Part shown: in pieces, positions 8,682 through 16,105 of the stretch | Position numbering within the stretch: the first letter of the stretch is position 1 | Layout of the letters: every line of letters begins with the position of its first letter | Assembly (NCBI GenBank): GCA_045106895.1 | Contig: JBGCFM010000221.1 | Location: 1-19,125 of the forward strand | Source of the DNA: Polyangiales bacterium | GTDB taxonomy: Bacteria > Myxococcota_A > Polyangia > Polyangiales > Houyiibacteriaceae | Direction: 5' to 3' | Length of the DNA: 19,125 bases | Notes under the pieces: model-generated | What the model saw: the letters and a program-made list of their open reading frames with translations, nothing else | Databases searched by the model: none | What the model was told of the DNA's origin: nothing | Position numbers and translations under genes: made by a program

Positions 8682-9641
8682 ATGAAGTGCTGGGCTCTCT
8701 CTTTTCTGACATTCATCGCGTGCAGCGAGCCACTCGACGAGTTCCTCGACGGCGGAGCGGACGGTGCAGCTTTGGACGCATCGGCCTTCGACGGAAGTCC
8801 CGCTGATGGCAGCTTCGTCAACCCGCGGGATGCATCCACCGACGCCTGGCGACGAGACTCGGCCACAGATTCCGGGGCTCGCTTCGACGCGACGACGGGC
8901 GACTCCACCTCCCACGACAGCGGCGCCCCGGACGTGCGCTCCTTCGACGCGGGGTTCCAAGACGGCGGCTTCGCGGACAGCGGCTTGGACGCCGGAACAA
9001 GCGACGCATCCACCGCGGATGCCTCCACCCCGGACGCCAGCATCCAGGACGCCGGCATCCAGGACGCCGGCGACGCCGCAGCTCGAGATTCTGGTCACGA
9101 CGCGGGGACGGACGCCGGTCCAAGTGGCGGGTGCATCTCCGGCGCTTCCGGCACGCACGTCGTTCGCTTCACGTGGCAAGGCAGCGGTTCCGGGAGCACC
9201 GCGTACGTCTCTTATGACGCGAACACACTCCCCGACTCATCCCTCTGGCGAGTCACGGCAGGTTCTCGCAACATCGGCTATCGGCCTGTTTTCTCGGACA
9301 TCTTCTTGGGCGAAGGCGGCCTCGACATGGGGAGCAGCGTGTTCATCGACGTGCAACTCTCCACCCTCGGCCTGAGCGCCGTCACGGGCCTGACCGTCTC
9401 CGTTTACGGACGTAGCTTCAACACCACCTCACCTGGCAGCTTCACTTGGCAGAGCTTCGAAGGCACAGGCGCATCTCCAAGGGGCAACGTATCGAATAGC
9501 GCGCCTTACGAATGGTACGGAGCCGACGCCACAGGCGCGATCACCGCTGGGGATGACGGCGTTCGCCTTCGACTCCGCGCGGGCCCGCCATCGAACCGCC
9601 TCGTCGTCCGCAGCGTCGAGCTTTGCTTTCAAGCACGCTGA
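8682..9641 (+). CDS. Lipoprotein with Asp-Ala-Gly/Ser-rich linker and C-terminal beta-rich domain of unknown function
   Basis: MKCWALSFLTFIA-C lipobox-like start; long D(A/S/G)(G/S) low-complexity tether; ~170 aa aromatic beta-rich domain bracketed by two Cys (GGC...VELCF). Confidence 0.8.
   Translation: MKCWALSFLTFIACSEPLDEFLDGGADGAALDASAFDGSPADGSFVNPRDASTDAWRRDSATDSGARFDATTGDSTSHDSGAPDVRSFDAGFQDGGFADSGLDAGTSDASTADASTPDASIQDAGIQDAGDAAARDSGHDAGTDAGPSGGCISGASGTHVVRFTWQGSGSGSTAYVSYDANTLPDSSLWRVTAGSRNIGYRPVFSDIFLGEGGLDMGSSVFIDVQLSTLGLSAVTGLTVSVYGRSFNTTSPGSFTWQSFEGTGASPRGNVSNSAPYEWYGADATGAITAGDDGVRLRLRAGPPSNRLVVRSVELCFQAR
9003..9071 (+). repeat. Degenerate 15-bp coding tandem repeat (DASTA-DASTP-DASIQ-DAGIQ-DAG)
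   Basis: gcatccaggacgccg occurs twice in tandem, preceded by diverged copies with the same 5-residue period. Confidence 0.7.
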
Positions 9642-9705
9642 GCACGGCGAGACTTGAATCAAACGAGCCTTCGTGGCTCACTGAAGATGCCTGGGGGGGG
9701 AAAAG

Positions 9706-10017
9706 ATGGCTCGAGGAAGACTCTACGATCACGATGGAAAGTCGCTCACGCTTCGTCAGTGGGCGAGCGAGCTGGGGTTGGACCACCGCTACGTCAGGCG
9801 GGCCATCGACCAAGGCTGGCTGCTCGAGGATGTCGTCGAGGGGCGCCCGGAAAAGCACGGACGTCGAGGGCGAACGATTCGACGCTGGACCGACGAAGAA
9901 CTCGAGACCTTGGAGCGGATGCGGGGCGAGGGAAAGACCGCACGCGATATCGCCATCGTTCTCGAACGCACCCCCGGGGCGATCAACCAGCGCATTCGCA
10001 TTCTCGAAACGGCCTAA
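9706..10017 (+). CDS. Small DNA-binding protein with two helix-turn-helix-like modules
   Basis: N-module YDHDGKSLTLRQWASELGL...RRAIDQGW; C-module RRWTDEELETLERMRGEGKTARDIAIVLERTPGAINQRI (Myb/GcrA-N-like). Purine-rich G8-AAAAG precedes the ATG. Confidence 0.75.
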   Translation: MARGRLYDHDGKSLTLRQWASELGLDHRYVRRAIDQGWLLEDVVEGRPEKHGRRGRTIRRWTDEELETLERMRGEGKTARDIAIVLERTPGAINQRIRILETA

Positions 10018-10019
10018 GC

Positions 10020-10430
10020 TCAGCTCGAGGGCGCCTCCGACGCGCTCTTCATCGAGACACGAACCCCCAGCGCGATGGCCGTTCGAATAGTCTCGGCGAG
10101 GAGCGAAAGCGGACCGCCTTTGTTGACGATGTGCGCGTGCGGGTGCATCGACGTGAGGTGCTCAAGGTTTCCTTCGTCGGCAGCGGAGTAGAAAACCACC
10201 GGCACGCTTCGCCGAGCAAATCGCGCGAGCTCCGCGCCATCGATGTCCGGCATCATGAGGTCGAGCACCAACACATCCGGCGACTCCCGACGTAGAAGTC
10301 GCGGCACCTCTCGCGGCGTGCTCGACGTGATGACGCGAAAGCCACGCGAGCTGAGGTAGCGATCCGCCATGAAAAGGATGTCCTCGTCATCATCTACGAT
10401 GAGGACCGTCGTCTCTGGTTCTTCAGGCAC
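10020..10430 (-). CDS. Single-domain response regulator (receiver only)
   Basis: VLIVDDD, phospho-acceptor LDLMMP, FYSA, NKG; GTG start. Confidence 0.92.
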   Translation of the reverse strand: MPEEPETTVLIVDDDEDILFMADRYLSSRGFRVITSSTPREVPRLLRRESPDVLVLDLMMPDIDGAELARFARRSVPVVFYSAADEGNLEHLTSMHPHAHIVNKGGPLSLLAETIRTAIALGVRVSMKSASEAPSS

Positions 10431-10493
10431 AAGTCATCATACGCCTGCGAGCCGCAGAGTTGAAGCCTCTCGGGAGAAGTCCTCGCCGCTCTC

Positions 10494-10511
10494 TGTAAAG
10501 AAGACTTTACA
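10494..10511. promoter_or_regulatory. Palindromic operator TGTAAAG-AAGA-CTTTACA (TyrR/PhhR-box consensus TGTAAA-N6-TTTACA)
   Basis: Perfect 7-bp AT-rich inverted repeat in the divergent gap between the response regulator and the Cys-rich lipoprotein. Confidence 0.6.
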
Positions 10512-10544
10512 ACGGCGCACAGCACAGCCTGCTATCTCAGTCTA

Positions 10545-11414
10545 ATGAACACCCGTGTGCGGCTCGTATGTCTTCTTTTTGTGGGTGCGTGTGCCGCGTC
10601 ATCAGGGCCGGAAACCACGTCTGGTCTGCAAGCCCCAGCCTGCGCGCGGCTGAGCGCTTGTTTTGAGTATGAAGGCATCATAGGCGGCTTCGACGCGTGT
10701 TTGCGTACCCTTCCGCTGACCCCATCCCTCGGCGGACTTGGCGGACTTGGCGGACTCGGCGGACTCGGCGACGCGGGTGCAAACCACCCGGTTTTCGACT
10801 GTATTGTCACGGCAGAAGACTGCGAAGCGGCTGGCCGATGCATCAACGCAGGCCAACCTTCAGGGAGCTGCGATACGAGTCACTGTGAGGGTACGGTGCT
10901 TCGCGGCTGCGCGACCGGTGTGGCCGTCGCCTACGACTGCGCGGACAACGGTGACGTCTGCATCGAGAGCGAAGGCATCGCCCGGTGTGGGCAGCCCGCT
11001 TCCTGCTCCGAGCGAACAAGCGAGTGCCGCGCCGGTCGCGCGGTGCAGTGCGTCAACGACGTCGAGACAAGCACCCCGTGCGACCTCGATTGCATTCTGT
11101 ACCAAGAGCAAGCCCGCTGCGTCGACACCTCGCAGCCCACCTGCGAGGTCGGTGTCGCCAGCGCGCGCTGCGACGGGGACGAGGCCGTCAATTGCCGCGC
11201 GGGCTTTGAGGCGAGCGTCTTGTGCCCAACGGGGAGCTGCGAAATCACCTCCGACGGAGCCCTCTGCATCGTTCCGCGCGAGTGCTCCTCCAGCAGCTGC
11301 GAAGGGGACGTGCTCGAGGCCTGCATCAGTGGGCAAATCGAACCCACCGACTGCCGCGACGTCGGCGCACGAACCTGCCAGGAAGAGCCCAACGGAGCGC
11401 GCTGCATTCTGTAA
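10545..11414 (+). CDS. Cysteine-rich repeat lipoprotein
   Basis: MNTRVRLVCLLFVGA-C lipobox; 30 Cys after the lipid-anchor Cys; four 6-Cys repeats. Confidence 0.85.
   Translation: MNTRVRLVCLLFVGACAASSGPETTSGLQAPACARLSACFEYEGIIGGFDACLRTLPLTPSLGGLGGLGGLGGLGDAGANHPVFDCIVTAEDCEAAGRCINAGQPSGSCDTSHCEGTVLRGCATGVAVAYDCADNGDVCIESEGIARCGQPASCSERTSECRAGRAVQCVNDVETSTPCDLDCILYQEQARCVDTSQPTCEVGVASARCDGDEAVNCRAGFEASVLCPTGSCEITSDGALCIVPRECSSSSCEGDVLEACISGQIEPTDCRDVGARTCQEEPNGARCIL
10731..10766 (+). repeat. 9-bp tandem repeat GGCGGACTY x4 encoding (GGL)4
   Basis: ggcggactt ggcggactt ggcggactc ggcggactc read directly. Confidence 0.95.
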
Positions 11415-11443
11415 GCGCTGTACTTTGCGGGGGGCCGGACCTG

Positions 11444-11605
11444 GCTAGTGCGTGATTCAGAGACATTGAAGGGGAAAGCGAAGGCCGATTCGTTCAGACC
11501 AAGTCGTGAGGAGGAGAAATATCTGGATACTTCGACGACGAACAACGCCGGGCTGGACGAATCGGGCGAGAGATCCCCTTCAAGATCCCTGAATCACGCA
11601 CGAGC
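11444..11605. mobile_element. MITE-like non-autonomous element / long hairpin repeat (~160 bp)
   Basis: 11444-11475 is reverse-complementary to 11574-11605 at 28/32 positions. Inner arms 11485-11497 and 11553-11565 pair at 13/13 (one G-U). Left end is CTAG, right end CGAG. Lies between convergent genes; no transposase. Confidence 0.7.
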
Positions 11606-12381
11606 GTTGCATGGCTCGAATCGCTTGAGCGATGGGCTCCGCCTGACTCTTCTGGATGTTGTGACCGCCCGAGTCGAAACGCAGACGTGGCCCCGCAGGG
11701 CAAACCGCCGCGAGCTCGCTCATGATCTCGGCTTCGATCAACGGGTCGTCGTCCGCCCATGCGACGGCCGTCGGAAGACCAAGGGCGCGGACGCGCGCAG
11801 CGTGAGCAGCGATGGAGGTTTGAGCCACGCACAGAAGCGTTCGGTCGAGGGCAGCATCCGAGTAGCCCTTGAACCCGCCCCATTTAAAGAGCTGGCGCGT
11901 GAGGGGACGGTGGCCCTCCCAGATGCGCGGCTTCGCCATGAGTGCTTCGATGAGCGGAAGTGGAATCCGCCGCAGCGTGGCATGAGGTCGCACACCTGGA
12001 CTCGCCAGAAGGACCAGCCCGTCGAAACGTTCGGGTTCGAGCGAGGCCGCCGCGCAAGCCACCACGCCGCCCATCGAATGTCCCACCAGCGTCGCCCGTT
12101 CCACCTCGAGGGCGTTCAAGACTTCGAGGACAAAGCGAGCGCGGCCAAGGGGCGAGGCATCGGGTCCCGCCGCCACGGGCGTCTCGCCAAACCCGGGTAA
12201 GTCTATTCGGAGCGCGCGCAAAGGACGAGAGCTGAGGCGCCAACCACCGATAGTCACGAACGCTCCCGGGCAGGCCATGAACCAGGACGAGCGCCGGCCC
12301 TTCCCCCTCGTCGTTGTACGCGGCGCGACCCGAGGTCAACTCGACGAACTCTCTCGGCAGGTCAGACGGGTGTCGAGTCAC
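11580..12381 (-). pseudogene. Frameshifted alpha/beta-fold hydrolase (true pseudogene or sequencing indel)
   Basis: N-half in one frame (GTG 12381; YNDEGEGPALVLVHGLPGSVRDYRWLAP). C-half in another (RIDLPGFG, GHSMGG nucleophile elbow, DDPLI, GGHNIQ). Switch at 12212-12222 in TTT-(GC)4. Confidence 0.9.
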
Positions 12382-12483
12382 GCTCGAAAATGAAGCGTGA
12401 GCGCCAGGTGGTCAATCGCGCCTCCGCCGGAATCAAGTTTTCGCGCGGTCGCCCTTCGCTGATATCGTCGTGCCAGCGCTCTC

Positions 12484-12987
12484 ATGCCAGCTGTGATCCC
12501 ACCCCCAAACGAGCTCGTTGTCTACTCCTCAGACTCCGGCCATCTCATCGCGGGGTTCCGGCCACTGCTGATGATCGTGTTCACGCGCGCGCCGAAAATC
12601 GACGAGATTCACCTCATCGAAGAGGTCGTCGACCTGGGACTCTCCGAAGGCATCAACGGCGGCATCCTCTACGTCGTCGCGCGGGATGATTTTCGTGCCG
12701 GCGTGGAACCTCGCCTACGCGAGATGCTCGAGCGGATCATGCGAAGTGCGAGCCAGAAGAACGCGAAGAACGCCGTGGTGATTCTGACCCGCGGCTTTGG
12801 AGGCGCCGTGGCCCGAGGCGTCCTCGCGGGCCTCCTGCTCCTGAGCAGCGACCGAACAAGCGTGCGCGTGTTCAAAGCCCCGGCGGAAGCCTGTGAGTGG
12901 CTCGCCGACAACCATGGCATCCCCCGCGCCGGCCTCCTCGACGCCTGGACCTCCGCCATCGGCTCGTTGCTCGACGGACGAATCTAG
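12484..12987 (+). CDS. Hypothetical protein, STAS/SpoIIAA-like myxobacterial family
   Basis: AVVILTRGFGGAVARGVLAGL...VRVFKAPAEACEWL pattern typical of these small proteins; high GC at third codon positions. Confidence 0.7.
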   Translation: MPAVIPPPNELVVYSSDSGHLIAGFRPLLMIVFTRAPKIDEIHLIEEVVDLGLSEGINGGILYVVARDDFRAGVEPRLREMLERIMRSASQKNAKNAVVILTRGFGGAVARGVLAGLLLLSSDRTSVRVFKAPAEACEWLADNHGIPRAGLLDAWTSAIGSLLDGRI

Positions 12988-13122
12988 AGCGCATCTCATA
13001 ACCACGCACGGCATTGCGGCCGGAGCACGCCGCCTTCGCTCATCCCTTCAGCAGGGCGAGGCGGCGACGGTCCTTCGAGTTCAGCACCTCCGACGGCGTC
13101 CTCTGTGGACGAAGCGCGGGCG

Positions 13123-14127
13123 TCACTTAAGCGTTGGGCCCGGAAGACGCGCGAAGCGATAGACCGAAGTGTCCGTATCGATCTGAGTCATCGTCTCCGT
13201 GGTGTCTGGGCGCGAATGCACGGTGGTCGTTTCGTTGAGCAATGTGAGTTCCACGGGGTGACCTTGTGCATCGAAGATGCCCTGCGCTTGTCGACGAACA
13301 GAAAACGCCGACACGCGATCCGTCGGCATGCCTTGGGCAGCGAACTGCTGCCTCAAGGCGCCAAGGGTCCGCGACGCATCGGGTCGAAGACCGAGCGAGC
13401 GGCGCTCGCAGTCCTCCTCGCCGGCTGGACAAGCGACGGGCTCGACGGACGCGACCACAGCAACGGGCACGTCTTCCATGCCGGGCATCCACGCAGAGTC
13501 GTTCGACACAACCCGTTCTGTCGACCACTGATCAAGGTCGGCGCACGACAGAATCGCAAAGAGCTGCCACCACTGGACCGCCTGTCCGCGGAGACCTTCC
13601 GGCGTCGAAATAAGCTCCCAGGTTTGAACCGAACCAGCGGGGACCCCCTCGCGGGTCGCGAAGACCGCCTCCGCTTCAGCCTTCGCTTCGGCCGCGCCAT
13701 CGATGGCAACGACGGCTCCTTGCGCATCGAGACGAATTCCGCGAATTCGGTGAAGCACATAGAGGCTTGCGTGCGTCAGCGGCGCGAGCGCATCGCCACT
13801 CCAGCCGGAGAAATCCCACTGCGTGATGTGTGCTCCACGCTCACTCATCGCGGTACGCAGGCGGAACGTCGCGTTCATATCCCACGCGCCCTGCTCACGC
13901 TCATCGTCTCCCAAGACGTAGCGGCGATCTCCATAAGAGCGGACGTTCATCAAGAGCGCCGCGCCGCGCGCCCACTCGGGGAAGCAGGCCGGTCCCCCGG
14001 ATGGCGGCGCCGCGACAAGCTCCGGCGACGACGCGGGAGCTCGCTGCGGGAGTGTCTGCACCGGAGCTTCCGTGCCTCCACACGCCACAACGAAGAAGAA
14101 GAATAAACAATGCGAGACGAGACGCAT
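13123..14127 (-). CDS. Hypothetical lipoprotein
   Basis: MRLVSHCLFFFFVVA-CGG lipobox, Pro/Ala linker, then a globular region with no motif I recognise. ATG 14127 preferred to GTG 14142. Confidence 0.75.
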   Translation of the reverse strand: MRLVSHCLFFFFVVACGGTEAPVQTLPQRAPASSPELVAAPPSGGPACFPEWARGAALLMNVRSYGDRRYVLGDDEREQGAWDMNATFRLRTAMSERGAHITQWDFSGWSGDALAPLTHASLYVLHRIRGIRLDAQGAVVAIDGAAEAKAEAEAVFATREGVPAGSVQTWELISTPEGLRGQAVQWWQLFAILSCADLDQWSTERVVSNDSAWMPGMEDVPVAVVASVEPVACPAGEEDCERRSLGLRPDASRTLGALRQQFAAQGMPTDRVSAFSVRRQAQGIFDAQGHPVELTLLNETTTVHSRPDTTETMTQIDTDTSVYRFARLPGPTLK

Positions 14128-14165
14128 GAGGACGTATCCCACAGCTCGCGAGGCGGTGGCGACGG

Positions 14166-14202
14166 AAAAAAGAAACCCTCAAACCGAAGTTTGAGGGTTT
14201 CT
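14166..14202 (-). terminator. Rho-independent terminator of the tRNA gene
   Basis: Perfect 14-bp stem AGAAACCCTCAAAC / GTTTGAGGGTTTCT with a C(UUCG)G tetraloop on the minus strand, then a U-tract; starts 5 nt after the tRNA CCA. Confidence 0.93.
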
Positions 14203-14207
14203 GGAGT

Positions 14208-14282
<75 letters not shown>

Positions 14283-14287
14283 AGCGG

Positions 14288-14330
14288 ACCCTAGCTGACG
14301 TTTCGGGACGTGCAAGTTTTGTTTGTAAGT
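14288..14330 (-). promoter_or_regulatory. Probable sigma70-type stable-RNA promoter for the tRNA
   Basis: Minus strand: A-rich UP-like tract (ACAAACAAAAC), -35 TTGCAC (14315-14310), 16-nt spacer, -10 TAGGGT (14293-14288), GC-rich discriminator CCGCT. Confidence 0.6.
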
Positions 14331-14455
14331 ACTCGGGATCTTTTTCGAAGCTGAGTTTCACTCCCAATCGAAGCTCACGCTCCGGCTGGAATGAGAAAAA
14401 CGGCGCATCTGGCGGATAGACCGGTCATCAGGCCCTGAGTCGCTTATTCTTGGGC

Positions 14456-16102
14456 ATGGTTCTCGCCAAGTACCCCGCGGCTTTCCTCCTCCTCACCCTC
14501 GCCGCCTGCGGCAGCGACCCCACGCCTGGCTCGGACGGCTCCGTTGGATGGCTGGATGGCTCGGTGGATGCGCCGGACCGCGATGCCGGTCCCCCCTTCG
14601 ACGGCGGACGCGACTTCGACGCCGGCCCTCCGCCGGCGGACGCCGGAACCCCAGATGTTCCTCCCCGCCCGGATGCGGGCCCACGACCCGTCGAGAGCGT
14701 GGCGACACCGCCGGGCGTCGTCAGCGGAAGCGGCGATCACTTGGTTTTGCAGGGCACGCTCCTTCTTCCCGACGGCCCCCTCGAAGGCGACCTTCGCATC
14801 GAGGATGGTCTCATCACCTGTGCGGCGGCGAGCTGCCCTCGGGACAACGCAACGCTCATCGTCACCAACGGCGTCATCAGCCCGGGGCTCATCGATTCGC
14901 ACAATCACCTCGCCTACGACTTCATCCCCGAGTGGGAGCCCGACCCCGTCATGCTCTACAACAACCGCTACGAGTGGTCCGACGAAGGAAGCTACGAGGC
15001 ACACATCGCGCCCTACGCCGACAATCGCTCCCGCAACACGACGTTCTGCCCAAGCGCGCTCTGGGGCGAAGCCCGCGCGGTGGTTCATGGAACGACGCTG
15101 ATGATGGGTCAGAGCTTCGACCGAACATGCACCGCGGGCGGAATGCGCAACGCGGACCACAAGCATAGGCTCGGCTACAACCACATGCGCACGAGCATCG
15201 CTTCGGTTCGCGACATCAACGACGACGCCGCCGAGAGCCTCGTCTCAAGCTTCACGGACTCGTCGGAGCCAAAGACGCGCTTCGCCGTTCATATGCAAGA
15301 GGGGCTGATGGGTTCAAACCTCGAGCTTGAGTTCGAGAGCTTCGCCGGCCGCGACACACGCAACAACCGCCACATGGGCACCAGCCTTCTCGCCGGGGAC
15401 GGCTACTTCGGCGTCGGTCTCTTGATTCACTCCATGGGTCTGACGACGGGCCAGCTCATGGAGGCCATCGACACCGGCGCGCATATCGTCTGGAGCCCCT
15501 CGAGCAACCTCGTCCTCTACGGGGACACGGCCCCCATCGAAGAGATGCTCGACCTCGCCATCGACGTCGCCCTGGCCCCGGACTGGACCGTGAGCGGCGC
15601 CGACAACATGCTCGAAGAGATGCGTTTCGCCAGCGGCTACGGCATCGGACAGAGCATCGACGAGCTGACGCCGGAGATGATCTGGCGGATGTCCACCTCG
15701 AACGCCGCCGAAGCTGTCGGTCTCGCTGACAGCGTCGGCATGCTGGAGGTCGGGATGCACGCGGACATCGTCGTGTTTGGTCGCGAGGCGATGGACCCAT
15801 ACAGCGCGGTCCTCGACAGCCGCGCCGAAGACATCCGCCTCACCCTCATCGAGGGACGAGCCCACTATGGCGACATGAACCTCGAAGCCGCCGCAGCCGT
15901 CAACGGCTCCTGCGAAGTCTTCGACGCGTGCGGAAACGCCAAGTTCCTCTGCATCGCGGACCTCCCGGACAGCGACGGCGACTGGGCCGACGACACCCTG
16001 GAAGATCTCCGCGGGCAGCTTCAGACCATCATCGACGAGTACGCCGACTCGGATCCGCCGCTGAGCTACAGCGCGCCGCTGCCTCTCGTCGAGTGCCGCT
16101 AG
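14456..16102 (+). CDS. Lipoprotein metal-dependent amidohydrolase (nucleoside/nucleobase deaminase-like superfamily)
   Basis: Lipobox LLTLAA-C; DAG/Pro-rich tether; PGLIDSHNH (HxH), VHMQEG (HxxE), LIHSMG, WSPSSN, ALAPDW, GMLEVGMHADIVV. Confidence 0.9.
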   Translation: MVLAKYPAAFLLLTLAACGSDPTPGSDGSVGWLDGSVDAPDRDAGPPFDGGRDFDAGPPPADAGTPDVPPRPDAGPRPVESVATPPGVVSGSGDHLVLQGTLLLPDGPLEGDLRIEDGLITCAAASCPRDNATLIVTNGVISPGLIDSHNHLAYDFIPEWEPDPVMLYNNRYEWSDEGSYEAHIAPYADNRSRNTTFCPSALWGEARAVVHGTTLMMGQSFDRTCTAGGMRNADHKHRLGYNHMRTSIASVRDINDDAAESLVSSFTDSSEPKTRFAVHMQEGLMGSNLELEFESFAGRDTRNNRHMGTSLLAGDGYFGVGLLIHSMGLTTGQLMEAIDTGAHIVWSPSSNLVLYGDTAPIEEMLDLAIDVALAPDWTVSGADNMLEEMRFASGYGIGQSIDELTPEMIWRMSTSNAAEAVGLADSVGMLEVGMHADIVVFGREAMDPYSAVLDSRAEDIRLTLIEGRAHYGDMNLEAAAAVNGSCEVFDACGNAKFLCIADLPDSDGDWADDTLEDLRGQLQTIIDEYADSDPPLSYSAPLPLVECR

Positions 16103-16105
16103 GGA

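Noticed and set aside
10731..10766. Short tandem repeats as possible CRISPR array
   Set aside because: In-frame coding repeats with no spacers and no cas genes.
11420..11446. Minus-strand GCCAGGTCCGG resembling the SRP RNA domain IV start
   Set aside because: Not followed by the AAGGAAGCAG half or a closing stem.
11448..12200. 250 aa plus-strand ORF starting inside the hairpin element (possible transposase)
   Set aside because: Mostly antisense to the hydrolase; no DDE, HUH or HTH motif visible.
12462..12476. Minus-strand TGGCACG upstream of the hydrolase
   Set aside because: No TTGC at the -12 position (reads TATC).
13105..14106. 333 aa plus-strand ORF
   Set aside because: Antisense to the lipoprotein, which has a clear signal peptide and lipobox; no motifs.
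4100..14207. Genomic island or prophage integrated at tRNA-fMet
   Set aside because: No integrase, no duplicated tRNA 3' end and no phage genes seen. Codon bias looks only slightly weaker by eye and was not quantified.
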